From Candidatus Latescibacterota bacterium (GTDB taxonomy: Bacteria > Latescibacterota > UBA2968 > UBA8231), in NCBI GenBank assembly GCA_965223905.1, contig CBDCXV010000011.1:2080001-2144000 (forward strand): a stretch of DNA of 64,000 bases, given 5' to 3'. The notes beneath the pieces were generated by a model that was given only the letters and a program-made list of their open reading frames with translations, did not search any database and had not been told where the DNA came from. Numbering within the stretch: the stretch's first letter is position 1; every line of letters begins with the position of its first letter. Both the position numbers and the translations under genes were made by a program. Positions 10,101-20,900 of the stretch are shown here, piece by piece.

Positions 10101-12673
10101 TTTGGGATGCCGAGACGGGCACTCATATCGCCACGCTCGAGGGACATACGAGCTGGGTCTTCTCCGTGGCGTTTTCGCCCGATGGGAAAATCCTTGCTTC
10201 CGGGGCGTCGGATGGCACCGTCAGACTGTGGGACGTAGCGACGAGGACCAATTCCGCCACCTTCGAGGGACATACAGGTTGGGTCAGGTCAGTGGCATTT
10301 TCACCCGACGGAACTACTCTCGCTTCCATGGCGACGGATGGCAGGGTCAGGCTTTGGGAGGTGGCAACGGGCAGCGCCTCCACCGTAACGGATGAACATA
10401 GTGGCTGGGTCAGAGACGTGGCATTTTCACCCGATGGAACAAAACTCGCTTCGGGTTATGACTTCAAAAAGCTTGAGTTGTGGGACGTGGCAACGGGTGC
10501 CAATACCGCCACCCTCGAGGGCCACACACAGAGGATCAATGCTGTCGGGTTTTCGCCCGATGGAACCATCCTGGCCTCGGGATCTTCGGATGGCACCGTC
10601 AGACTGTGGGACGCGGCTACCGGTTCCGATATCGCTTCTCTTGAAACGCATGGATCCAGAAATTGGGTCAGCAATCTGGCCTTTTCCCCCGATGGAACGA
10701 TGATCGCTTCGGGACATGGTAATGGCACGGCCAAATTGTGGGACGTGGCCACGGGCGCCAATACCGCCACCCTCGAGGGACATACGTACCCGGTCTACCC
10801 TCTGGTATTCTCGCCTGATGGGAAGATCCTCGCTTCCGGTGACGCGATTTTCATTGATGGCGGGTCGTCGGATCCAAAGATCAGGCTGTGGGACGTGTCG
10901 ACCGGCACGAAGACCGCGACGTATGAATTGGATACGGATTGGATATACTCCATATCGTTTTCGCCAGAAATGACGCCCATTGCTCTAGGGGGATTCGGGG
11001 ATGGTACAGCCGAGTTGTGGGATCTGGCAACGGCCACCAGGATTGCCAAACGTTCCGAGACGCGTTTGATCTACTCCGCGGCATTTTCACCCGATGAAAG
11101 CATGCTCGTTTTCGGATCATCTTCCTGGAATCGTCCAACGGTCGAACTTTGGGATATCGGGGCTGAAACACAGATAGCGACCCTCTACGGTCATGGGGAT
11201 CAAGTCAGTACTGTGGCATTTTCGCCCGACGGAACGACCTTCGCTTCCGGGTCCCGGGACGGCACGATTCTGCTGTGGGATACGCAGCTTGTCCTGCCCC
11301 ACCCCCGCACCCTTACCAAGCTCTCCGGCGATAAACAGCAGGGATTGCCTGAATCAACGTTGCCCCAGCCGTTTGAAGTTTCCGTGTTGGACCAGAACGG
11401 GGACCCTCTTCCCGGGGCGACCGTCACGTTCACGGTCACCGCCGGCGGAGGTTCCCTGTCGGCAACCACTGCAACTACCGATGCCAACGGCCGCGCCGCC
11501 GCTACCCTGACCCTGGGAAGCGCTCCCGAAAGAAATACAGTTGCGGTAAGGGTAGCCGAGCTGAAACCGGTGATCTTCGGCGCCACTGCTCAGGCGGTTC
11601 CGACAAGCCTGACCAAGCTCTCCGGCGATAAACAGGAGGGACCGGCCGGAGCTGCCCTGTCCGCGCCGTTGGTTGTTGTAGTCCGGGATCAAATCAACAA
11701 TCCGTTCGAAGGTGCCCAGGTCACCTTCGCGGTTACCGCCGGCGAGGGAACTCTCTCCGCAACCACCGACACAACCGATGCCAACGGCCGCGCTGCCAGC
11801 GCCCTGACCCTGGGCAGCCTGCCGGGGGCCAACACCGTCTCGGTAAGGGTGGCCAAGCTGAAGCCGGTTGCCTTCATCGCCACCGGGCAGGCGATTCCCC
11901 AAAGCCTGACCAAGCTCTCCGGCGATGAGCAGCAGGCAGCGCCCGGGGCTTCGCTGCCCCAGCCGTTGGTGGTTTCGGTGGTCGATCAGAACGGGGACCC
12001 GTTTCCCGGGGCCGCCGTCACCTTGGCGGTAACCGCCGGCGACGGGACCCTCTCCGCAACCTCCGTCACCACGGATGAAAACGGCCGCGCCGCCAGCACC
12101 CTGACCCTGGGAAGCCTGCCGGGAACGAACACCATCGCAGTATCCGTGGCCGGGCTCGACCCCGTGACCTTCACCGCCACCGCGGAAGCCACCCCCGACT
12201 TCGACGGCGACGGCGAGACCGGCTTCTCCGACTTCTTCCTCATGGCCGACGCCTTCGGCGGCAATGACCCCCGCTTCGACCTCGACGGCAGCGGCAGCGT
12301 CGACTTCGGCGACTTCTTCCTCTTCGCCGACCACTTCGGACAGCCTGCCCGGGGCAAGCTGATGGCCCTGGCACGGGAGATGATCGGCCTGCCGGACGGA
12401 CCGCAGCTGCAGCAGAACGCCCCGAATCCTTTCAACAGCGAAACCCTCATCTCCTGGTTTCAGCTGAGACCGGGTTTCGCGCGAGTGGAGGTGTTTGCCC
12501 TGACCGGGCAGCGGGTGGCGGTGCTGCACCAGGGGCCGAAGAAGGCGGGGGTCCACCGCGTCCACTGGAACGGCCGCGACAACCGGGGCCGTCCCCTGGC
12601 CAGCGGGGTATACCTGTACCGATTGGTCACTACCGAGAGCGTCCAGACCCGCAAACTCACCCTGCTGCAATAA
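7196..12673 (+). CDS. Array member 1: secreted metallopeptidase + WD40 propellers + Big_1-like Ig repeats + dockerin-like module + T9SS/FlgD-like tail
   Basis: Signal peptide; HELGHAFGLPH...YIMSY; about 20 GH..V.SVAFSPDG..LASG...LWD repeats; four SGD.Q...TTDA.GRA..LTLG repeats; DFDGDG/DLDGSG pair; QNAPNPFN...ASGVYLYRL...RKLTLLQ. Confidence 0.85.
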   Translation: MKALFLRSALFALLALVLTPPAFLHASPSLADGLHFCAPLDYEQWRRDHPRPAAKRLADLDTGEPRTVRLFYFLPNDRPYQAGVVDSMKTAIRQVQTFFGEQMQAHGFGYKTFRFETDDQDEPLVHRVDGQHPDRHYVEGTFGAMYEEMKEVFDLSANINVLLIDNSTNKINRKYSGTGARWSKHSGHASLTDLFIWQIIAHELGHAFGLPHDFRDDAYIMSYGFDPSPSLSVCSAEFLAVHPYFNPDVSMTESEGPAIERLSSPAYPAGSESVAIQLRVSDADELHHVRLNVLTRDTHTLDAGFEELKSCRGLAGEEEEVVEFEYDGVIPSGKDYGFTDLSDPPIHPIFIEAVDTDGNIGWTFFNIWEISPQHIATIEGHTSGVRSVVFSPDGTTLASGAGDGIKLWDGSTRTTTATLSGGTASVSFSPDGRILAFGSGLDIELWDVATDRSIATLSGHTHPIRSLAFSPDGAMLASGAPEAIRLWNLETRTSTATLPAGAASVAFSPDGATLASSSGDGVQLWDVATQTDVATYRHSGGVTVAFSPDGTKLVSGSFDLTVMLWDVATGENVAVLGGHDQPVRSVTFSTDGTLLASGTNLAVNLWDPVTKGRLAVLQGESRGANTLAFSPDGTTLAGGTEDGRIDLWDVSKWLQPRPRILVKVSGDDQQGTPGSELANPYVVEVRDQYDNPLQGVQVTFSVTAGDGTLGGRFTLEKATTDADGRTQAVLTLGPGPGTNTVEATVPGLELVTFGAVGVGTTSAPVMEGDLHTWHLPDGAVARLGKGRISRGDRAIAFSPDGQLLGVGSETGTWLYDVMTSRAVALLPIGYAVMSVAFSPDGSKLASARLLWDVATGSHTPLESFYSVAFSPDGTMLALGTYDSKIKLWDTAAGTTTATYEHRGTVYSVAFSPDGTKLVTGNIEGRVMLWDLATGTHATLEGHKDVVQSVAFSPDGTTFASGSDDHTVRLWDAETGTHIATLEGHTSWVFSVAFSPDGKILASGASDGTVRLWDVATRTNSATFEGHTGWVRSVAFSPDGTTLASMATDGRVRLWEVATGSASTVTDEHSGWVRDVAFSPDGTKLASGYDFKKLELWDVATGANTATLEGHTQRINAVGFSPDGTILASGSSDGTVRLWDAATGSDIASLETHGSRNWVSNLAFSPDGTMIASGHGNGTAKLWDVATGANTATLEGHTYPVYPLVFSPDGKILASGDAIFIDGGSSDPKIRLWDVSTGTKTATYELDTDWIYSISFSPEMTPIALGGFGDGTAELWDLATATRIAKRSETRLIYSAAFSPDESMLVFGSSSWNRPTVELWDIGAETQIATLYGHGDQVSTVAFSPDGTTFASGSRDGTILLWDTQLVLPHPRTLTKLSGDKQQGLPESTLPQPFEVSVLDQNGDPLPGATVTFTVTAGGGSLSATTATTDANGRAAATLTLGSAPERNTVAVRVAELKPVIFGATAQAVPTSLTKLSGDKQEGPAGAALSAPLVVVVRDQINNPFEGAQVTFAVTAGEGTLSATTDTTDANGRAASALTLGSLPGANTVSVRVAKLKPVAFIATGQAIPQSLTKLSGDEQQAAPGASLPQPLVVSVVDQNGDPFPGAAVTLAVTAGDGTLSATSVTTDENGRAASTLTLGSLPGTNTIAVSVAGLDPVTFTATAEATPDFDGDGETGFSDFFLMADAFGGNDPRFDLDGSGSVDFGDFFLFADHFGQPARGKLMALAREMIGLPDGPQLQQNAPNPFNSETLISWFQLRPGFARVEVFALTGQRVAVLHQGPKKAGVHRVHWNGRDNRGRPLASGVYLYRLVTTESVQTRKLTLLQ

Positions 12674-12751
12674 AGGCTTAGTGGTGGCAACAACCCTTTC
12701 ACGATCGACCCTCCCGCAAAAGCAAACGTTGGCATACAGGAGCCTGACCCA

Positions 12752-14061
12752 ATGAATGCCCCCGTTCTTCGTTCCGCCCTTTTCGCCCTGCTGGCTCTCG
12801 TTCTCTCGCCGCCGGCGTTCCTCCATGCTTCGCCTCCACCTGCCGACAGCCTGCAATACTGCCTGCCGCTCGATTTCCAGCCGGAGCAGCACGACACCAA
12901 TGCCGCGGCCAAGCGGCTGGCGGATCTCGACACCGGCGAACCCCGCACCGTGCGCCTCTTCTACTTCCTGCCCAACGACCGCCCGTATCGGCCGGACGCG
13001 GTTCAGAGGATAAAGGACGAAATCCGCAACATTCAGACCTTCTACGGCGAGCAGATGGAGGCCCACGGGTATGGATACAAGACCTTCCGCTTCGAGACCG
13101 ACGACGAGGGGGAGCCGCTGGTTCACCGGGTGGATGGGCAACATCCCGATAGTCACTATCTGGGCGGAACGTGGGCTCTGGTCGGCGAGGTTGAACAGGT
13201 GTTCGATCTGTCGAAGAGTATCGCTGTCTTCGTCATCGATAACAGCAACAACCGGATCAACAGGACTGCGGCCGGATCGGCGACCTGGAGCTCGAAACAG
13301 AGCGGAGTCCTTTTGGTGCCGGAGGAATTCAGCTGGCAAACCCTGGCCCATGAACTGGGACACACCTTCGGTATGGGACACGATTTCCGCGACGATACCT
13401 ACATCCTGTCATTCGGGCGGAGTGAGCGAAGGTTTCTGTCTGCTTGCAGCGCCGGATTTCTGGCCGTTCATCCCTACTTCAATCCCGATGTTGGAGTCGA
13501 GTGGGCAGAGGCGCCGGCCATCGAGCTCCTTTCGGCACCTGGGTATCCGGAAGGCTCGGAGAGCGTCTCGATCCGGCTCAGACTCAGCGACGCGCATGGC
13601 CTCCATCTAGTTCGCTTGAGGGTTCCCACGAGAGAGACGCACAACCCCGCCTATGATAGAGGAGGCTGGGAACTGAAGTTGTGCCGTGGAATGATGGGCG
13701 AGGAAGAAGCCGAGATTGAAATCGAATACGACGGCGTGGTCCCTTCGGGCAGTGACTGGGGCTTTACGGATCTTTCCGACCCGAAAGTGCATCCGATTTC
13801 CCTCATCGCGGTCGACAGGGACGGAAACAGGGCAGGCATCAGTTTCCATCTGTGGAAAGTGTCGCGGCAGCATCTGGCCACCTTCGAGCTTGCGGAGAAG
13901 GTCCATGCGCTGGCCTTTGCGCCCGGTGGCGCCACGCTGGCCTCCGGGTCGGGAGAGGGCACCGAGCTGTGGGACCTGGAGACGCGGAACAGGTGCCACG
14001 ACCTCCGTGCCCGGCGAGGCCCGAAAGCGCCCAGACCCGCAAACTCACCCTGCTCCGGTAG
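12752..14061 (+). pseudogene. Array member 2: peptidase domain plus one WD40 repeat, then frameshift and deletion to the C-terminal tail remnant (in-frame ORF runs on to 14191)
   Basis: Paralogous to member 1 up to LWDLETR (~13987); ESAQTRKLTLLR-stop at 14023-14061 in another frame. Confidence 0.7.
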
Positions 14062-14246
14062 GCACCCGGAAAACGGGCCCCCACAGCCCTTGGGTCGAGG
14101 CTCATGGATTACCGCGAAACCGCAGGAATCTCACCCATGGAAGCCCCCCTCAAACTCACCCTGCTCCGGCAGGCAGGAAACACAGCTGTAACACCCCTCC
14201 AAGCCCGGCCCTTGGATACTTACCGAAACTTCAGGAGCCCGACTCC

Positions 14247-17200
14247 ATGAAAGCCCTTCTGATTTTTTCCTTGCTCGGAGTGGTTCTGCTCCCGCCGGAA
14301 TTCGTCCATGCTTCCCCTTCACCTGCGGACAGCCTGCATTTCAGCACGTTCACCTCAACGGCAGGAGATGGCACCTTCAGCGGGAGATTCAAGCTTGAGA
14401 GGGCGACGACCGGTGCCGACGGCCGGGCACAGGCCGTCCTCACCCTGGGACACGATCCGGGAACCAACACCTTCGAGGCAGCGGTTCCCGGGCTCGAGCT
14501 GCTGACGTTAAACGCGGTGGGGGTCGGAACGCCATCTACTCCTGAAATGGAGGGTGATTTCCAGAGATGGCATCTACCCCCGGGCGCCATTCTCCGTCTG
14601 GGAAAAGGACGGATTGGTACGGGGGACAGGGTTGTTGTCTTTTCGCCTGATGGCCTACTCCTCGCCGTCGGAAGCGAAATCGGCGTCTGGTTGTACGAAG
14701 TGGCCACTTCCCGAGAGCTTGCGCTGCTGCCTGCGGCCCCTGTCGCGGCCGTAGCGTTTGCCCCGGATGGGTCGATGCTGGCCTCCGCCGGGTCGTACGG
14801 AGATCGCACCGTCAAGTTGTGGGACCTGGCGACAGCGAACCTTTTGGAAACCATCGATCTCGAGGCCGATGCATTGGCGTTTTCACCTGACGGTACAACC
14901 CTGGCCTGCGGGTCGAAGTATGGAATCGACCTGTGGGACCTGGCGACGGGCACCAGGACGTCAACCATCTCCCATGAGCAAAATGCATGGGGGATTAATT
15001 CGTTGGCCTTTTCGCCGGATGGCACCACCCTGGCTTCCGGATCATGGTCGGATTATTTCGTCAGACTGTGGGACGTGACCACCGCCACCCATACCGCATC
15101 CCTGGACGGTCATGCGAATGAGGTTGAATCTGTGGCGTTTTCGCCCGACGGAACTACCCTTGCTTCCGGATCCCGGGATCGCACGGTCAGGCTGTGGGAC
15201 GTGGCCACAGGTGTCAATTCCGCCACCCTCGAGGGCCATATGGGCTTTGTCTACTCCGTGGCGTTTTCGCCCGATGGCACGACCGTCGCTTCCGGGTCGT
15301 GGGATGATGCAGTCAGGCTGTGGGACGTGGCCACCGGTGCAAACACCGCATCCTCCGAGGTCCATTCAGGCCGGGTCTATTCCGTGGCGTTTTCGCCCGA
15401 AGGAACTACCCTTGCTTTCGGGTCAACAAGTGATGGGACCGTCAGACTGTGGGACGTGGCCACAGGTGACGCCCATGCCTTTGCGAAGGGGCACAAGGGA
15501 TGGCTCAATACCGTGGCTTTCTCGCCCGATGGGACAACCATTGCATCCGGATACGACCATAAGACGATCGAGCTGTGGAACGTGGCGACGGGAGCCAGTA
15601 CCGCGGTCTTGGAGGGCCACAATTCAATAATCAATGACGTATCGTTTTCCCCTGACGGAACCATCCTCGCTTCCGGCTCGTCGGATAACACCGTCAAGCT
15701 GTGGGACGTGGCGACGGGAGCCAATACCGCCACCCTGGATACGCGCGAGCACCGTAGTTGGGTCGGCATCGTTGCCTTCTCTCCCGATGGAACGAGGATT
15801 GCTTCGGGACAGGGCAACGGCATCGCCAAGCTTTGGGACACGGCAACGGGAACAAATGCCGCCACTCTCAGGGGGCATACGAATCCGGTCAGTGTCCTGG
15901 CTTTTTCGCCTGACGGAACAGTCCTAGCCACCGGTGAAGGGCCGGACCTTGTTACCGAAACCTCCTCTGCTCCAATGGTCAAACTGTGGGATGTGGCGTC
16001 GGGGAACAATACCGCCACATTCGAATTGCCTACCGATTCCATAATCTCATTGTGGTTTACGCCCGATGGCAGGCCCATTGCTTCCGGTGGGCTGGGAGGG
16101 TGGCCTAGTGAAACGGTAGAGTTGTGGAACCTTGCGGATAACACCCTTATCGCCACCCTCTCCTTCGAAGAGTTGTGGGTTTACTCGATGATGGTTTTTT
16201 CGGGAACGGATGTCGACCAGATTGACCTGTTCGAGGTACGGGGGCTGGCCAGCGGAACCTACATCGCCACCCTGGGAGCCCACAGGGGTTTGATCACGGG
16301 TACGGTGTTCTCGCGGGACGGAAGAACCTTCGCTTCCAGTTCCGGAAATGGCACGATTCTGCTGTGGGATACGAAACTTTTTCTACCCCATCCCCGGACC
16401 TTGATCAAGTTCTCCGGCGACGACCAGCAAAGTCCCGCAGGGGCCGCTTTAACCAAGCCCTTGGTGGTTATGGTACACGACCAGTACGGGAACCCCCTTC
16501 CCGGGGCGATCGTCACTTTCGCCGTCACGGCCGGGGGAGGTTCCCTGTCGGCAACCACCGCCACCACCGATGCCGAGGGCCGCGCCGCCGTCACCCTGAC
16601 CTTGGGTAGCGATCCCGGGAGAAACACCGTCGCTGCAAAGGTCGCCGAACTGAAACCAGTGATCTTCGGGGCAACAGGGAAGGCGATTCCCCGAACCCTG
16701 GCCAAACTCTCAGGCGATGAGCAGGGAGGGCCGGCAGGAACGGCTCTGGCCGAGCCGTTTGTAGTCGAGGTCCGTAATCAGGACAACAATCCCCTCGAAG
16801 GTGCCCAGGTCACATTTGCCATCACCGCTGGAGGTGGGACGCTCTCGGCAACCACGGCCACCACCGATGCAAACGGCCGCGCCTCAAGCACCCTGACCTT
16901 GGGAACCGAGCCTGGAACGAACGTCGTCGCGGCAATCGCCGCGGAACTCGATCCGGTGACCTTCACCGCCAGCGGGGCGGCCATTCCAAAAAGCCTGACC
17001 AAGATCTCGGGGGATGAGCAGGAAGCCCCGGCTGGGGCCTCTTTGGTCGAGCCCTTCGTTGCCGAGGTCCGTGATCTGGACAACAATCCCCTCGCCGATG
17101 TCCAGGTCACCTTTGCGGTAACGGCCGGAAGCGGGACGCTCTCGGTAACCACGGCCACTACCGATGCCGATGGCCGCGCTTCCACCACCCTCACCTTGGG

Positions 17201-17759
17201 GCTGACGGGAGCCAACACCGTCACCGTATCCGTGGCCGGGCTGGAGTCCATCACCTTCACTGGCACCGCCAAGGCAACCCCCGACTTCGACGGCGACGGA
17301 GAGACCGGCTTCTCCGACTTCTTCCTCTTCGCCGACGCCTTCGGCGGCAGCGACCCCCGCTTCGACCTCGACGGCAGCGGCAGCGTCGACTTCGGCGATT
17401 TCTTCCTGCTCGCCGACCACTTCGGGGATCCGGCCCGCGGGAAGCTGCTGGCCCTTGCCCGGGAGATGATCGGCCTGCCGTACGGCCCGCAGCTGCAGCA
17501 GAACGTCCCCAATCCCTTCAACAGCGAGACCGTCATCTCCTGGTTCCTGCTGCGGCCGGGACCGGTGCGCGTGGAGGTGTTCGCCTTGACCGGGCAGCGG
17601 GTGGCGGTCTTGCACGAGGGGACCGGGAAGGCGGGTGTTCACCGCGTCCACTGGGACGGCCGCGACGATCGGGGCCGCCACTTGGCCAGCGGAGTGTACC
17701 TGTATCGACTGGTCACTGACGAGAGGGTCCACACGCGCAAGCTCACCCTGCTCCGGTAG
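14247..17759 (+). CDS. Array member 3: secreted WD40 / Ig / dockerin-like / T9SS-like-tail protein lacking the peptidase
   Basis: ATG after CAGGAG; signal peptide plus ADSLHF fused to a partial Ig repeat; WD40 repeats; three Ig repeats; same tail. Confidence 0.85.
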   Translation: MKALLIFSLLGVVLLPPEFVHASPSPADSLHFSTFTSTAGDGTFSGRFKLERATTGADGRAQAVLTLGHDPGTNTFEAAVPGLELLTLNAVGVGTPSTPEMEGDFQRWHLPPGAILRLGKGRIGTGDRVVVFSPDGLLLAVGSEIGVWLYEVATSRELALLPAAPVAAVAFAPDGSMLASAGSYGDRTVKLWDLATANLLETIDLEADALAFSPDGTTLACGSKYGIDLWDLATGTRTSTISHEQNAWGINSLAFSPDGTTLASGSWSDYFVRLWDVTTATHTASLDGHANEVESVAFSPDGTTLASGSRDRTVRLWDVATGVNSATLEGHMGFVYSVAFSPDGTTVASGSWDDAVRLWDVATGANTASSEVHSGRVYSVAFSPEGTTLAFGSTSDGTVRLWDVATGDAHAFAKGHKGWLNTVAFSPDGTTIASGYDHKTIELWNVATGASTAVLEGHNSIINDVSFSPDGTILASGSSDNTVKLWDVATGANTATLDTREHRSWVGIVAFSPDGTRIASGQGNGIAKLWDTATGTNAATLRGHTNPVSVLAFSPDGTVLATGEGPDLVTETSSAPMVKLWDVASGNNTATFELPTDSIISLWFTPDGRPIASGGLGGWPSETVELWNLADNTLIATLSFEELWVYSMMVFSGTDVDQIDLFEVRGLASGTYIATLGAHRGLITGTVFSRDGRTFASSSGNGTILLWDTKLFLPHPRTLIKFSGDDQQSPAGAALTKPLVVMVHDQYGNPLPGAIVTFAVTAGGGSLSATTATTDAEGRAAVTLTLGSDPGRNTVAAKVAELKPVIFGATGKAIPRTLAKLSGDEQGGPAGTALAEPFVVEVRNQDNNPLEGAQVTFAITAGGGTLSATTATTDANGRASSTLTLGTEPGTNVVAAIAAELDPVTFTASGAAIPKSLTKISGDEQEAPAGASLVEPFVAEVRDLDNNPLADVQVTFAVTAGSGTLSVTTATTDADGRASTTLTLGLTGANTVTVSVAGLESITFTGTAKATPDFDGDGETGFSDFFLFADAFGGSDPRFDLDGSGSVDFGDFFLLADHFGDPARGKLLALAREMIGLPYGPQLQQNVPNPFNSETVISWFLLRPGPVRVEVFALTGQRVAVLHEGTGKAGVHRVHWDGRDDRGRHLASGVYLYRLVTDERVHTRKLTLLR

Positions 17760-17985
17760 GCCGCCTCGCCATGGATTTCCTTCCCAAGTGCTTTGTTAAA
17801 GAGTCGGCATTGAGTTTTGGACCTTTACCAGCTTCGCATGTTCAAGATTTCAATGTCGCCATATGAGGTACTCCTGCATGCGCCGGCCGACTTCCCGATG
17901 GTCCTTGGGTTGCTGTTCTTGATGACGAAGTAGATGCGTTGCCTCCGGTAACCGCGCCGAATGGCCTTAACCGAGACTATACTTC

Positions 17986-20900
17986 ATGACGATCCCAAAT
18001 CTTCGATCCGTTCTTTTCGTTTCTTTAATTCTCTCTTTCCCGCCGACTGCTGGAAAAACAGCCAGTAATGATGTGGGAGTTGGAACCCCTGGTTTGGAAA
18101 CCATGGGAGGTGACTTCCAAACGTGGTTATTGCCTGACGGGGCAATCATTCGTCTGGGAAAGGGAGACATTAGTTCAGACGATAAGGCGGTTTACTTTTT
18201 TCCTGATGGTCAACGACTCGCTGTGGAAAGTACTGCCGGGATTTGGCTGTATGATGTGCAGACGTTTCGTCCACTCGCACTGATGCCAACCTATCTGAGA
18301 GGATTGGCTGGTAGGGACAAAATTTCGTATACGCCGGATATGACCACTCTCGCTTTTGGATTTGGGTATTTTATCCAGTTATGGGATGTTGCCACCCGAA
18401 CCAATACTTCCACTTTCTATTTTCAGGACAGAATCACTTCTGTTGCCCTTTCATCGGATGGGACAATCCTTGCGTCCGGGGTTTCCTCTGGAGCGATCAA
18501 GTTATGGGACCTAGAAACGGGAGCCGATACTGCCATCCTGGACCATGGGAGCAGGATAACGTGTTTGGCTTTTTCCCCGGATGGGACAACTCTCGCATCT
18601 GGGGGGGCAGAGAAAAATCTGGTCAAGCTGTGGAATGCTTCAACCGGAGCCAATACCTCCACCTTAGAGGGGCATGGAGGCACGATCACATCTCTGACAT
18701 TTTCCCCCGATGGGACAGCCCTTGCCTCCGGATCACATGATCAAACTGTAAGAGTGTGGGATGTTGGGACCGGGACTAATACCGCCATTCTGGAAGGGCA
18801 TGGGTACATAGTCACCTCGGTGGCCTTTTCCCCCGATGGGGGAAACCTGATTTCCGGGGAAGATGCGGTTACGGACACAGGACTGGAAGATGCTGCTGTC
18901 AGGTTATGGAACGTCGTGACGGAAACCCAGATTGCCACATTTTCTCCGCATGGATATCACATCTCTTCGGTGGCATATGCCCCCGATGGGACAACCATTG
19001 CTTCTGGATCCTCTTCGGATGGTACGGTCAAGCTATGGGACATAGCCACTGGGAACTCTGTTTCCCTTCCCGGGCATACTAATGAGATCACAACGTTGGC
19101 ATTTTCACCGGATGGGACGACCATCGCTTCTGGATCCTGGTCGGATGGTACGGTCAAGTTATGGGACATAGCCACTGGGAACTCTGTTTCCCTTCCCGGG
19201 CACACGGATGACATCCTCACGGTGGCTTTTTCCTCCGACGGGGCAACTCTCGCCGCCGGAACGGGTCGCGCCATTAAACTGTGGAATACAGAGATCAGGG
19301 AACCGATCGGAACCCTGAATGGGCATATGTCTCGGGTTCGTTCCGTGTCGTTCTCCCCCGATGGCGTCACCTTGGCCTCCGGGTCAAACGATAATACGGT
19401 AAAGCTGTGGGATGTAGCATCCGGAAAAAATATCGCTACTCTTGAAGGACATACGGATGTGGTCCATCAGGTATTGTTTTCACCCGACGGCGCCACCCTT
19501 GCTTCCGCAGGGAGAGATGGCACCGTCATACTTTGGCACGTAAGGACCAGGAACCGGATCGCAGCCCTGGAAGGGCCTATGTATGGAGTTAATTCGGTGG
19601 CCTTTTCTCCCGACCTTCCCATTCTGGCGGCCGCGTCAAATGATGGAACGATCAAACTGTGGAATATGGAAACCTTGGTAATCGTCGCTACTTTTGACGG
19701 ACATTTAAATGCCGCCAATTCAGTGTCCTTTTCTCCTGACGGCACCACTCTTGCCTCTGCAGGAGGGAAGGCCATACTGTGGGATGTAGAAAGTGGCGAA
19801 CAGATCGTTGGCCTGGATGGGCATGTGTTTGAGATCAATTCGGTTTCCTTTTCGCCCGACGGCTTCATCCTGGCTACCGGGTCACAGGACGGCATGATCC
19901 TGCTTTGGGATTTGCAGCCGCCGCAACCTCAGACGGTGGCAAAGCTCTTCGGAGATGATCAGCAAGGGCTTCCCGGCTCCACTTTGCCCGAGCCATTAGT
20001 GGTTTCGGTGCTGGATGAAAACGGAGCAGCGTTTGATGGGGCAGTCGTAACCTTTTCCGTCGCCGCCGGTGGGGGGACCCTCTCGGCAACCACGGCCATC
20101 ACCGATGCCAGCGGCCGCGCAGCTGTCACCCTGACCCTGGGCAGCGATCCCGGAAGAAATACGGTCGCAGTAAAAGTCGCCGACCTGAAGCCGGTGATCT
20201 TCAGTGCCACTGCCCAGGCGATTCCGACAAGCATCGCCAAGGTCTCAGGCGACGAGCAGGAAGGGCCGGCCGGAGCCGCGTTGGTTGAGCCTTTCGTTGT
20301 TGTGGTCCGGGATCAAATCGACAATCCCTTCGAAGGGACCCAGGTCACCTTCACGGTCACCGCCGGCGACGGAACCCTCTCCTCAACCACCGCCACCACC
20401 GATGACAAGGGCCGCGCAGCCAGCACCCTGACCCTGGGGCTGCCGGGAGCCCACTCCGTCACCGTATCCGTGGCCGGCCTCGACCCTGTGACCTTCACCG
20501 CCACCGCCGAAGCCACCCCCGACTTCGACGGCGACGGCGAAACTGGCTTCTCCGACTTCTTCCTGTTCGCCGACGCCTTCGGCGGCAGTGACCCCCGCTT
20601 CGACCTCGACGGCAGCGGCAGCGTCGACTTCGGTGACTTCTTCCTCTTCGCCGACCACTTCGGGGATCCGGCCCTGGGGAAGCTGCTTGCCCTGGCCCGG
20701 GAGAGGATCGGCCTGCCGGACGGCCCGCAGCTGCGGCAGAACGCCCCCAACCCCTTCAACAGCGAGACGGTCATCTCCTGGTTCCTGCTGCGGCCGGGAC
20801 CGGCGCGCGTGGAGGTGTATGCGCTGACCGGGCAGCGGGTGGCGGTGCTGCACCAGGGTCTGAAGAATGCGGGAGTCCACCGCGTGCACTGGGACGGGCA

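Noticed and set aside
13716-14246. N-terminal extension of the 1347-aa ORF
   Set aside because: Overlaps member 2 in another frame; the RBS and signal peptide place the start at 14247
17760-17985. AT-richer spacer with a short minus-strand open stretch
   Set aside because: No start codon context, recognisable motif or convincing structure
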